This document shows, one piece after another, positions 50,223 through 62,032 of a DNA stretch of 64,000 nt (position 1 is its first letter; the number at the start of each line of letters is the position of its first letter). The stretch is from NCBI GenBank assembly GCA_051362555.1, contig CM120640.1:64334788-64398787 (forward strand). Direction: 5' to 3'. Made by a program: the position numbers and the translations under genes. The notes below the pieces were generated by a model. It was given only the letters and a program-made list of their open reading frames with translations. It did no database searches and had not been told where the DNA came from. Origin of the DNA: Lingula anatina (taxonomy: Eukaryota > Animalia > Brachiopoda).

Positions 50223-50500
50223 TGTAACTGCAACACATGTATTAGTGACAAGTGAGAGTAGTCAGTGAGATGTGTTCGTGTCACATGACACAAAGGTATA
50301 AAGTTGAGATCCCGCCCTTACATTTTCAGCAACACGGGTCTCCGGGATCGTATAGTTTTACGTTTTCATTAGTTTTTATCAGTTTCAGTTTTACTCATTT
50401 CAAATCAACTTAATTTCTGTTCACATTTATTTATGCAGTAAAAACTCATTATATACTCCAAGGCAGTTTCTGAGTTGTAAACGGTACTGTCAAGGCAACA
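50223..50500 (+). repeat. BEL/Pao 3' LTR (~278 bp)
   Basis: TGTAACTGC...GGCAACA follows the purine tract; family A sequence resumes immediately after. Confidence 0.7.
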
Positions 50501-50925
50501 ACCGGTGCTGCATATATGCTGAAAAAAAGTAAAAAAACAGCATAACTTCCCTAAAAATGGCCCGATCATGCTGATTTTCGAACTTGACCTGCATATTATG
50601 AATATTCATCAGTTTTGTAAGTTTCAAGCCAAAAGGTAAAATGGTTTTCCATTTATCATGTTAACGGTGCTGCACATATGCGGAAAAAAGTGAAAAAACA
50701 GCATAACTTCCCAAAAAAATGCTGATTTTCAAAAACTTGACCTGCGTATTATGAATATTATTGATTCTGTAAGTTTCAAACCAAAACAAAAAACGGTTTT
50801 CCACTTATCCTGTTATCGGTAAAAGTGCACGGCAACGAGGCCAATGACAGCGATGACGCATCGACAGACGAAGATGATGGCTATATGTACAGACACGTGT
50901 CTGTACATAAAAATACTATTTATAA

Positions 50926-53140
50926 AACTAGAGGATCAGAGAGGCGATACCGCTTCCGGATATTGTACCACCAGCTGGAGTAATATTAGTATTGAAAACC
51001 AAAAACAAGGCAGCAAAGCTGTCAAATGTACAGACAAAAAACAGAAAATAAAGATGCAGAAAATAGGTGATTTTGCCAATTTTGATGCAGTAATAAACTA
51101 GAGTTCTAGATATTTTTGTTGAAAATTACAATTTAAAACAAAATCATGGGGAAGAGTAAAAGTTTCAATCCAAATTTGTGAAGTGCTATTCAAGAAGGTC
51201 AAAAGTCAAATTTAAGATCACAGTTAGATTACCAGTATATGACTTCCTATTCAAGTTCAATAGTAACTATGGGCATATCTCTGCTAGTAGGTCAAAGGTC
51301 AATTTTAAGGTCACAGATTGCCAGTTTATATTTTCCTATTTAAGTTCGCTAGCAACTGTGGATATAACTCTCTCAGTTTTGGAGATATCAGAGATAGGAA
51401 GTTGCAAAGTTATGTTCAAAAGTAAGTCAAAGATCAATTTCAAGGTCACAGATCGTCAGTATATGACTTCCTATTTCAAGTAAAATAGTACCTATGGGCC
51501 CATCCCTGCCAGTTTTGGAGATATAAGGGGCAAAACCCTTGCAAAGCTCAGTTCATGATGAAAAGTAGGTCAAACATCATCAGGTCACAGTTAGATTGCC
51601 AGTATATGACTTCCTAGTCAAGTTTTATAGGGTGTATCTCTTCTAATTTTTGAAGTTATTTCACATTTCAGTTCAATAGTAACTATGGACGTATGAAGGT
51701 CACAGATTGTCAGCATATGACTTCCTATTCAAGTTCAATAGTGACCATAGGTGTGTCTCTGTCAGTTTTGAAGATAAAAGGGACCAAAAAGTTGCAAAGT
51801 TTAATACATAGTGAAAAGTAGGTCAAAGGTCAATTTTAGGGTGACAGATTGTTAGTATATGACTTCCTATTCAAATTCAATAGTAGCTATGGCCATATCT
51901 ATGCAAGTTTTGAAGATACAAGCATTTTATTCTCTTGTACATATTAAATAAAACAATTTTTGTTCATTTAACAAGCAGAGTTTTTTAATAATACATTGTT
52001 ATGGCCATTGGCAGTCACTCGATACATTTTGTATTTCATTAATACCTTTGATAAAGTTTTCCCAATGCAGAGGCCGAAACATAATGTATGCATTGTTGAC
52101 TCCGTTGTACAAAATGATACACAAGATAGTACGAGTGACCCCCACGACCGTATATGTATTTCATGATAATTTTTTATAAAAAACTTGCAACATTCAGTTC
52201 ATGGTGAAAAATAGGTCAAAGGTCAATTTGAAGGTCCCAGATTGCCAGTACATAACTTCCTATTCAACTTCAATAGTGACTATGGGCTTATCTCTGCCAG
52301 TTTTGGAAATATAAGGGACTTAAATGTTGCAAAGTTCAATTCATGGTAAAAAGTAGGTCAAAGGTCAATTATACGGTCACCGTTAAATTGCCAGTACATG
52401 ACTTCCTATTCAAATTACATGTTCAAATTTCATGTCAAATTTCTGCTTCTCCAAGCCTTATGTTATCTTTTCCAGAAGTTCAAAATTTTATGCATATTAC
52501 AGTATTGCACATTTTACTTTCATTACCACAATGTACTTTTTGATACAGCATAACTCGAAAACCATATGGAAAACAAAAAACAGAGACCACTTCCAGTGTT
52601 GGCCTTGACATGCTCTACAAAATGCAAAAAAACAAGGGCTCGAGCATTTACGCTTCCTGAATAAGAGAGAGATTTTAGTTTTGGTATCTTATGGCCGCTA
52701 CTCCCGTGAAAATGCACTGATTGACCCCAAACTCAAGGAGATGAAAGATGACCTGAAGGGTAACACCTGCCAATAATATTATAGGTTGAGACTGTGTATT
52801 TTCTGAATTATAATGCAAATAATTTTTTTTGTAAAAAAAAAAAAAATTTTTTTTTGAAAATTTTGGCCCTTTTCACCTTGAAATAAAGGTCAAAGGTCAA
52901 ATCCAAGAGCATATTTGAAATCTGAAATGAGCGCTACACCAAGACCCCAGAACCGATGAAGCCCAATTTTTTTGTGGAGCGAGTTGAGATTATAGGTGAC
53001 TTAAGTCCAAGAGCTGGGTACGCAGGCCTTTGTAGTCTAGGAGGAGAAGGGGTAACGGTAACATGGCAGCAGAGCTAGTGGAACTATCCAGACTGGACTA
53101 AAACCATATGTACCGCCAGCGCCAACGCTGGTGGTACAAT
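50926..53140 (-). mobile_element. HINE family B copy containing a short A 3' fragment (51004-51097)
   Basis: aactagaggatc start, degenerate 146-bp units, terminal hairpin gtaccgccagcg-ccaa-cgctggtggtac. Confidence 0.82.
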
Positions 53141-53204
53141 AAACTAAAAACATCCGGTATTTCTTGAGGATTCTTTTGTCTATACTTATATTTGTCTGAT
53201 CTTA

Positions 53205-53250
53205 CCACCCAATATTTCATCTGCTTGCAGTCAGACTTCATCAGGGAATG
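53205..53250 (-). ncRNA. Minimal type-I hammerhead ribozyme motif (PLE-associated)
   Basis: cauucc-CUGAUGA-a-GUCUG-acugcaag-CAGAU-GAA-AUAU-U-gggugg: conserved core, 5-bp stem II, palindromic AUAU stem III, short stem I. Confidence 0.75.
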
Positions 53251-53292
53251 AGGTTGTGACAGGTATGACAACCTGTCACCCCCTCTGGTGTG

Positions 53293-55742
53293 CTATTTGG
53301 TCAGATCCCCCCCTCTTGCCTGCCCCTTCCTTAGGAGTGGTAGGTAGAGGTTGGGTAGCTCAGTCCCATCATTCCAATTCAACTTGGCCCCATGTAAGCA
53401 GATGTTAATTGCTTCAAGAACTTTTCGGTGTAGATCTCGTGGCTCTCTTATCAAGATTTTTATGTCTTCTACGGTTATTGATGTTATACAATGCCCTATC
53501 TGTTCCTGGTGTTGGCTGAGGGCAAATTTTTTATCACGTTTTTTGATGGATTTTTGATGTTCAGTGATTCTTTCTGTTAAGGAACGTCCTGTCTCTCCAA
53601 TGTATTTCTCCCCACACACCTGACACTCACACTGGTATACAACTCCACACTGTTCTCCTGGGTCTAATTTGTCCTTTGGGGATACAAGGTTGCCTCTTAA
53701 TGTCTGTGCTGCCTTATGGTGTAAAACTACATTCCTTTTTCTGAATGCTCTTTTTAGCTTTTCACTAACCCCTTTCATAAAAGGTAGTACCGCATATCCT
53801 TTGGGTTTTTCTTTTTCGGTCCTTTTCTCTAGTCTTTGTTGTTTTTCTCTTCCTTTCTTTTCCCCTTCTTTTATAGCCCATTCTGGGTAACCACAGTTTC
53901 TAAAAGCCACATTGATTTTTTCCTTCTCTATCTCTATCTTGGGTTTCTCTTTTATCAGTGTGTCTGCCCTATGCATCAGCGTCTTGATAATTCCCATCTT
54001 CTGTTGGACAGGGTGGTGGGATGTTCATTGAAGGTAGGGGTCTGTATGAGTAGGTTTCCTATAAATGTCTGTTATGATGGTATCATTCTTCCTAGTAAGC
54101 TGTAAGTCCAGCATGGGTAATGTCTGGTTGTCATCTTCTCTTTCTATGCTATCATGTTGTGCATTGATATGTTGGAAAAGCTCCTCCTCGTGTTGTTTAT
54201 GTATTATAACCACTGTATCATCAACGTATCTGGCCCAAAACTTTGGTCAGTGGGTGGCTGTTCTTAATGCCTGCTCTTCAAACTCTTCCATGAATAGGTT
54301 GGCCAGGACAGGAGAGAGTGGAGAGCCTATTGCCATTCCATATACCTGTTCGTAAATACACCCTTGGTACTGGAAGTAAGTTGTCTCAATTTTTAGCTTT
54401 AGTAGGTCCCCAAACTCCTCTGGAGGAAACAGTGTTCTGTTTTCCCAGGTTTTATCCTTCTTGGTCCTTTCTACTGCCATTGCCTGGTACGCTGGTGAAT
54501 AGGGCTGTTACGTTAAATAAGGTTAATACCTCCCCTTCTTCCAGAGTGATCTCTTCCACTTTTTTCACCAGGTCTTGTGAGTTGCTGATATGGCTTGGTT
54601 TCTTTCCTACTAAAGGTTTCAGAAGATCTGCTAGGAATCTTGCAAGGTTGTATGTAATGGGATTGATACCAGAAACAATAGGACACATTTTTATAAGGTC
54701 TGTGGATCTTAGGTGTTGCATAAAATCTCGGGGTAGCATCCGATGTAGGATATATTTTGTTATAGATGATCTGGTCTAAATATCCCTAATTCTTCAGTGC
54801 CCTCAATTTCCTTTGTATTCTGCCCTTCATTATTTTAGTTGGATCCTCAGGTATCTCTTTGTATGTGGTGTGCCCATCTAACAGGTGTTTACATTCTTCT
54901 ATATAATTGTCTCTGTCCATTACCACAACACACTTTCCTTTGTCTGCAGGTACAGTCATTATTTCTTTATTGGTTTTTAGTGACTTCAGGGCTTTTCTTT
55001 CCTAATGGCCAAGGTTGTCCTTTGGAGGCTTGGTATTCTTGATGATGTTCACAACTTCATGCCTTGGGGTATCAGCTTCCTCTGGAGGGAGGTGTAATTG
55101 TTCGCAAATCACCTCTGTAGTATTAATTATTTCTTTTGTTGGAGTTTTTCTTGGGGGCAATGGCATAGTTGAGGCCTTTTGCTAATACTTTTATTTCTGT
55201 GTCTGTGAGTTGATATTTTGACAACACTTTGCCCCACTTTTTTAATTGTGTGCCAGATAGATCAATGGATTCCTTTTTGTCTTTCAGTGATGTTTTCCCC
55301 TGTAGTCTCTAAAGTTTGTTGATCTGAGTTTGTCTGCCTTTCCTGAACACCCTCTCTTCTTCGTTATGGGTGTGTTCTTTGACCATATCCAATAATTCAT
55401 TGTCACTGATGTTATGGTTCTCCCAACAACTTTTGATGTTGTTTTCCTCATTTTCCTTGTCCCTTTTTAGTTCGTTTATCCTATGTGTTGTGAGATTGAT
55501 ATGTTCCCTAAGCAGCTGTCTTTCGATCAGCATTTTATTTTTTATGATTCTCCTGGCCTTCTCTGTATTGATAGTGGTCTTAGTTTAATACTAACTGGTG
55601 TTAAATCTTGTTCTTTGCACTGTAGGTTGAATTTTAGATGGTTCCTGTGCTTGGCTATCTCGGATAATATTGTTTCCCATTTTCTAACTAGATTCACACC
55701 TTCTACTCCTAGTTTCTCACGTATAGTGTAGAACAGTTTCAT
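53293..55742 (-). pseudogene. PLE reverse transcriptase-GIY-YIG endonuclease, frameshifted
   Basis: N-terminal MKLFYTIREK...NHLKFNLQC, RT motifs FNVTALFT, GMAIGSPLSPVLAN, RYVDDT (~54215-54232), YRKPTHT, and GVVYQCECQVCGEKYIGETGR. Confidence 0.94.
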
Positions 55743-55784
55743 CCCCTGGGGGGGGATCTGACCAAATAGCACCTGTCACAACCT

Positions 55785-55830
55785 CATTCCCTGATGAAAT
55801 CTGACTGCAAGCAGATGAAATATTGGATGG
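55785..55830 (+). ncRNA. Minimal hammerhead ribozyme motif (inverted pLTR copy)
   Basis: cauucc-CUGAUGA-a-AUCUG-acugcaag-CAGAU-GAA-AUAU-U-ggaugg. Confidence 0.75.
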
Positions 55831-55991
55831 TAAGATAAGACAAAAATAAGTAGCTATAGACAAAAGAATCCTCACAAGTCTATTACAATAACATAGCCAA
55901 TGATACTGTACTACACTATCTGGTATTTCACTTATAAAAATGAAATCAAGATGTAAATTTCAAAATCAAAATAAAAAAATTCTCCTTTGAC

Positions 55992-56100
55992 CTTCACTTT
56001 ATCACTCTTAGCTTTTTTCTTGGCAGAAAGCGGTGTTTTTTTTATCCTCAAATTCTGAATAGACCAGTCCAGATCCCACAGCCAAGGGTCTTCTTTGTAT
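55992..56100 (-). CDS. POLG: POLG exon (YKEDPWLWDLDW)
   Basis: Acceptor aag|, encodes (R)YKEDPWLWDLDWSIQNLRIKKTPLSAKKKAKSDKVK. The donor AAG|gtcaaa is weak but is phase 0 as the next exon requires; the 3' boundary is uncertain. Confidence 0.88.
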
Positions 56101-56442
56101 CTTAATTGTAGAGAAAATCTTTTAAAAATTAAGATTAAATTATTACATTATTATTAAATTAATATTAAATAAATATTAAATTATTTCTTCCTTAACAGTT
56201 CCTAAGATAACTAATTGTGATAGAGCATATTATTACTGAAATTCTATTCCAAATATAGGAAAGATAAAAATATGAGGAAAAAATCAGGACAAAAATAATT
56301 TGTAAGCCTGTGATATCTGTAATGATTTCTTCAAAAAGAATCCTCACATTTAATCTATAACTTTTGAGCAATATGGCTGATGGAGATAATCAAAACAAAA
56401 ACATATAATATAAAAGATGTCTTATCAGGCTGTTTGACTGAC

Positions 56443-56625
56443 CTATTTCCTTCCAAAAGTGAACAAGCATCGTTTGCTATTTTTATCAACATCCGTTCCC
56501 TCTCGGACTGCTTGTTATTGTATATTTCCTCTGCAGTTTCCAAATACCTGTTCCAATTAGCATTCAGTGGCAAGTAAGATGAACCCATCTGCAACATCCC
56601 TGCTAAAGTCACGGGATGTGGAAAC
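56443..56625 (-). CDS. POLG: POLG exon (exonuclease/spacer junction)
   Basis: 183 nt, ag|...|gtcagt, phase 2-2. FPHPVTLAGMLQMGSSYLPLNANWNRYL...IANDACSLLEGN is a diagnostic POLG sequence. Confidence 0.97.
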
Positions 56626-56730
56626 CTTTCAATCAAAATAAAACGTGCTTTACCAAATTTGCTCAATAATAACAAAAATTGCTAACTACCTGCAGGAAAT
56701 TCGTCTTGATGCTGTATAAAAATGACTCAC

Positions 56731-56810
56731 CTTTCTTGAAAGAGTGGCCACAGAATCTGGAAAACTTGATGAGTAGCTATCACATCATCTGCACAGTAGG
56801 ACATCAAATT
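56731..56810 (-). CDS. POLG: POLG exon (ExoIII motif; first POLG exon in the window)
   Basis: ttcag|...|gtgagt boundaries, 80 nt. Encodes NLMSYCADDVIATHQVFQILWPLFQE(R), matching human [27 protein letters not shown] (recalled). Confidence 0.96.
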
Positions 56811-56941
56811 CTGAAGAGAATGAGCATTTAATATAACTAGAGGATCAGAGAGGCAATACTGCCTCCGGGTATTGTATAACCAGCTAGAGTAAGTGCACAC
56901 GTATGGAAAACAAACAAACAAACAAACAAACAAACAAAAAA

Positions 56942-58927
56942 AACAAGGCAGCAAAGCTGTCAAATGTACAGACAAAGAACAGAAAATAAAGATGCAAAAA
57001 ACTGTTAAATTGCCAGAGAAATTTACCAAACAGTATGCGTTGCCTATTGAAGCTGTATTTTAGTCCCATATTTCTTTCCTATAAGTTTGAGAACAGTAAG
57101 TGACATGATTTCCCTTAAATGGTCATCATAGGAGCAGTGCCCAAAATAGGGGTTTCTTCAAATTTTGATACAACATTAAATAATGTTTAACAGCATAATG
57201 ACAATCAAATGTTATTAATAAAATATTAGTAACATGGACATTCAGAAAATGTGACAAGCAAAAGTCTTCAAGATCATGGAACTTTAAAGTCACACCTTGA
57301 AAATGCCAATATGTGAAAAATTAAATTTTCACAAAAAACTGTTTAACTGCCAAAAAAAAAATAAATAAATAAATAAAAATACCAAACAGACTGCATTGCC
57401 TACTGAAGCTGTATTTTAGTCCCATGTTTCTTTCCTGTAAGTTTGAGAACAGTAAGTGACATGATTTTCCTTAAATGGTCATCATGGAAGCAGTGCCCAA
57501 AATAGGGGTTTCTTCAAATTTTGATGCAATATTACATAATGTTTAACAGCTTAATGCCCATCAATTTTTAATTATAAAATATTTGCATCACAGATATTCA
57601 GAAAATGTGACTAGCAAAGGTCTTCAGGCCCATGGAACTCCAAAGTCACGCCTTGAAAATGCCAAAATGTAAACAAGACAGCACTGTTCTGAAATGGGTT
57701 TATTTCCATTTTTAACACTTTTTTAACATAAAACAAAATAAACATCTTACTGCCATTTTATATGACCAACTAAGAAAATTGATGAGATGGGAAAAGTATC
57801 AATAGAACAGTGTTAAATGTCCAATTTCCTCCATTCTGAGATTCTGAACATAGTGGATGATTGAATCTGACAAACTGCAATGATATGAGTTTATTTCCAT
57901 TTTTGACACTTTATTACACAATACATGATAACAAGTTTACCATGTTTTTTACATAATCAACTAACAATGTTGTAAAGATGCAGGAAATATCAAACAAACA
58001 CTTTTAGGCATCTTATAATTTAAAAATGAGACTGTTAACACGCCTAATAATTGAATCTGAGGAAATGTGAAAAACAGTATAACTTCTAAAATAATGGCCC
58101 GATTATGCTGATTTTCGAACTCAACCTGCGTTTTAGTAAGATTGACCACTCCTGTGAGTATAATTACAATTGGCCAATCCGTTTTTCTTATATTGTGTTA
58201 TCAGTGTTGTATTTATATTGAAAATAGTGAAAAAACAGCATAAATTCCCTAAAAATGGCCCAATCATGCTGATTTTCGAACTTGACCTGCGTATTATGAA
58301 TATTCATCAGTTCTGTAAGTTTCAAGTCAAAAGGTAAAATGGTTTTCCACTTATCGTGTTATCAGTGCTGCATATATGCTGAAAAAAGTGAAAAAACAGC
58401 ATAAATTCCCTAAAAGTGACCCGATCATGCTGATTTTCGAACTTGACCTGCGTATTATGAATATTCATCAGTTCTGTAAGTTTCAAGTCAAAAGGTAAAA
58501 TGGTTTTCTACTTATCGTGTTATCGTTGAAAAAAGTGAAAAAACAGCATAAATTCCCTAAAAGTGACCCGATCATGCTGATTTTCGAACTTGACCTGCGT
58601 ATTATGAATATTCATCAGTTCTGTAAGTTTCAAGTCAAAAGGTAAAATGGTTTTCCACTTATCGTGTTATCGGTGCTGCATATATGCTGAAAAAAGTGAA
58701 AAACTGCATAAATTCCCTAAAAGTGACCCGATCATGCTGATTTTCGAACTTGACCTGCGTATTATGAATACTCATCAGTTGTGCAAGTTTCAAGTCAAAG
58801 GGTAAAATGGTTTTCCACTTATCGTGTTATCGGTAAAAGTGCACGGCGACGGCGACGACAGCTACGACGGCGACGACAGACGCAGATGATGGCTATATGT
58901 ACAGACACATCTGTGTCTGTACATAAA
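56942..58927 (-). mobile_element. HINE family A, complete copy (sister of 27326-29378)
   Basis: Both termini present; shares diagnostic variants with 27326-29378. Confidence 0.9.
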
Positions 58928-59538
58928 AAAAGACACCACCTCCAGTGTTGTGCTTGACAAGCTCTACAAAATGCAGTAAACGAGTTCTCAATATTTTTGT
59001 TGAAAATTACAATTTATAACAAAATCATGGGGAAAAGTAAAAGTTAAAATCCAAATTCGTAAAGTGCAGTTCAAAAAAGTAGGTCAAAGGTCAAATTCAA
59101 GCTCATATGAAAACTGTCAACAAATAAGTTCCCATTCAAGTTTAGTAGTATCTACAGGCATTTCTGTGCCAGTTTTGGAGATATAAGGGACAGAAAATTT
59201 GCAAAGTTCAGTTAATGGCAAAAAACGGGTCAAAGGTCAGTTTCAAGGCCAGAGATTGCCAGTATATGACTTCCTACCCCAGTTGAATAGTAACTATGGG
59301 CTTATCTCCACCAGTTTCGGAGATAGAAGGGACAGAAAAGTTTAGTTCATGGTAAAAAAGTAGGTCACAGGTCAATTTCAAGGTCACATTTAGATTGCCA
59401 GTATATGACTTCCTAGTCAAGTTTAACAGGGTGTATCTCTTCTAATTTTGAAGTTATTTCACATTTTATTTTCACCACTGAATATTGCAACGTTGTACTT
59501 TTTGATACAGTGCAAATTGTAAACCGTATGGAAAACAA

Positions 59539-61746
59539 AACAAGGCAGCAAAGCTGTCAAATGTACAGACAAAAAGCAGGAAATAACTATGCACAAAATA
59601 GGCTACTGTCAATTCTGATGCAAAAGTACATTATGTTAAACTGCAAATTCAACATCAAATTTTAATTATGCTCAACAGGTAATACCAATGTAAGTAAAAT
59701 GTGTAACAAGCATAAGGCTTCAGGCCCATGGCAGTTCAAGTTCACACTTTGAAAATGTATAACTTCCAGAAAAAGAAGCCAATTAGACTGCTTTTCCAAC
59801 TTGGGCTGCATTTTAGTCCTGTATTTCTTTTCTGAACGTTTGGCAATCATCAGTAACATGGTTTTCCCATAACGGTCATCATGGCAGCAGCACCCAAAAT
59901 TGTGTTTTCTTCTATTCTGATGCAATATTACATAGTGGTTAACAGCATAATGACCGTCAATTTTTAATAATAAAATATACGTATCATGGATTTTCGAAAA
60001 TGTGACTAGCATGGGTCTTCAAGCCCATGGAACTTCAAAGTCACACCTTGAAAATGCCAATATGTGAAAAATTAAATTTTCACAAAAAAAACTGTTTAAC
60101 TAGCAGAAAGAATTACCAAACAGACTGCATTGCCTACTGAAGCTGTATTTTAGTCCCATGTTTCTTTCCTGTAAGTTTGAGAACAGTAAGTGACATGATT
60201 TTTCTTAAATGGTCATCATGGGAGCAGTGCCCAAAATATTTTTTTCCAAATTTTGATGCAATATTACATAATGTTTAACAGCATAATGACCATCAATTTT
60301 TAATAATAAAATATTAGTATTATGGATATTCAGAAAATGTGACTAGCAAAGGTCTTCAGGCCCATGGAACTTCAAAGTCACAACTTGAAAATGCCAAAAT
60401 GTAAACAAGGCAGCACTGTTCTGAAATGTTTTTTTTTCCATTTTTAACACTTTTTTAACATAAAACAAAATTAACAGTTTACTGCCATTTTTATATGATC
60501 AACTAAGAAAATTGATGAGATGTGAAAAATATCCAAAAAATGTCCAATTTCCTCCATTCTGAGTTTCTGAACATAGTGAATGATTGAATCTTACAAACTG
60601 CAATGATATGAGTTTATTTCCATTTTTGAAACTTTATTACACAATACACGATAACAAGTTTACCATCATTTTTACAAAATCAACTAACAATGTTGTAAAG
60701 ATGCAGGAAATGTCAAACAAACACTTACTTATCTTATTAATTAAATAATGAAACTGTTAACATGCCTAAAAAATGAATCTGAGGAAATGTGAAACAAGAC
60801 AGCACTATTCTGAAATGGGTTTATTTTCATTTTTAACACTTTTTTAACATAAAACATAATTAACAATTTACTGCCATTTTTATATGATCAACTAAGAAAA
60901 TTGATGAGATGTGAAAAATATCAATAGAACAGTGTCAAATGTCCAATTTCCTCCATTCTGAGTTTCTGAACATAGTGAATGATTGAATCTTACAAACTGC
61001 AATGATATGAGTTTATTTCCATTTTTGACACCTAATTACACAATACACGATTACAAGTTTACCATCATTTTTACATAATCAACTAACAATGTTGTAAAGA
61101 TGCAGGAAATGTCAAACAAACACTTTTGCGTATCTTATTAATTAAATAATGAGACTGTTAACATGCCTAAGAATTGAATCTGAGGAAATGTGAAAAAACA
61201 GCATAACTTATAAAATAATGGTCCGATTATGCTGATTTTCGAACTTGACCTGCGTTTTAGTAAGATTGATTACTCCTGTGAGTTTCATGACAACAGGCCT
61301 ATGGGTTTTCCTTGAAATGTGTTAACAGTGTTGCATGTATGCTGAAAAGTGAAAAAACAGCATAACTACTAAAATAGTGGCCCGATCGTGCCCATTTTCG
61401 AACTTGGTCTGCGTTTTAGTAAGATTGATTACTTCTGTGAGTTTCATGACAACAGTCCTATCAGTTTTCCTTGAAATGTGTTAACAGTGTTGCATATATG
61501 CTGAAAAGTGAAAAAACAGCATAAATTCTACAATAATGGCCCGATCATGCTGATTTTCGAACTTGACCTGTGTTTTATGAATATTCATCAGCTCTGTAAA
61601 TATAAAGCCAAAAAGTAAAACTGTCTTCCACTTATGGTGTTAACGCTGAAAGTGCACGGCGACGGCGACGGCGACGGCGACATGATCGGCGACGACAGAC
61701 GCAGGTGATGGCAATATGTACAGACACATCTGTGTCTGTACATAAA
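59539..61746 (-). mobile_element. HINE family A, complete copy
   Basis: Both termini present; inserted in B at ccgtatggaaaacaaaa|aaatggacacc. Confidence 0.9.
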
Positions 61747-61981
61747 AAATGGACACCACCTCTAGTGTTGCACTTGACAAGCTCTTCAAAATGCACTAAA
61801 CAAGAAGTCTCTGGCATTTACTCTCATACAGAATTATAGTTTTAAGTTTCAGCATCTAATGGCCATTTATCCAGGGAAAATGCACCAACTGGCCCCAAAC
61901 TCACCAAGATGAAAGATGACCCTAATGGTAACACCTGCCCATAATATTATAGGTTTGGTCTGTGTAGTTTCTGAAAATCAG

Positions 61982-61983
<2 letters not shown>

Positions 61984-62032
<49 letters not shown>
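61984..62032. repeat. (AT)n microsatellite followed by poly-T
   Basis: Seen directly in the sequence. Confidence 0.95.

Larger units (their letters stand above)
47446..50500 (+). mobile_element. BEL/Pao LTR retrotransposon, 5'-truncated and decayed
   Basis: pol fragments in Pao order, AT-rich 3' UTR, PPT-like ttttggggagcca, then a TG...CA 3' LTR. Confidence 0.9.
47390..50911 (-). mobile_element. HINE family A copy interrupted and partly deleted by the BEL/Pao remnant
   Basis: A 3' end at 47390-47445; 161-bp units and 5' hairpin at 50501-50911. Confidence 0.8.
53164..55875 (-). mobile_element. Penelope-like element (probably Poseidon type), near full length, decayed, with inverted 5' pseudo-LTR
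   Basis: RT + GIY-YIG pseudo-ORF; 53164-53312 is the reverse complement of 55748-55875. Confidence 0.93.
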
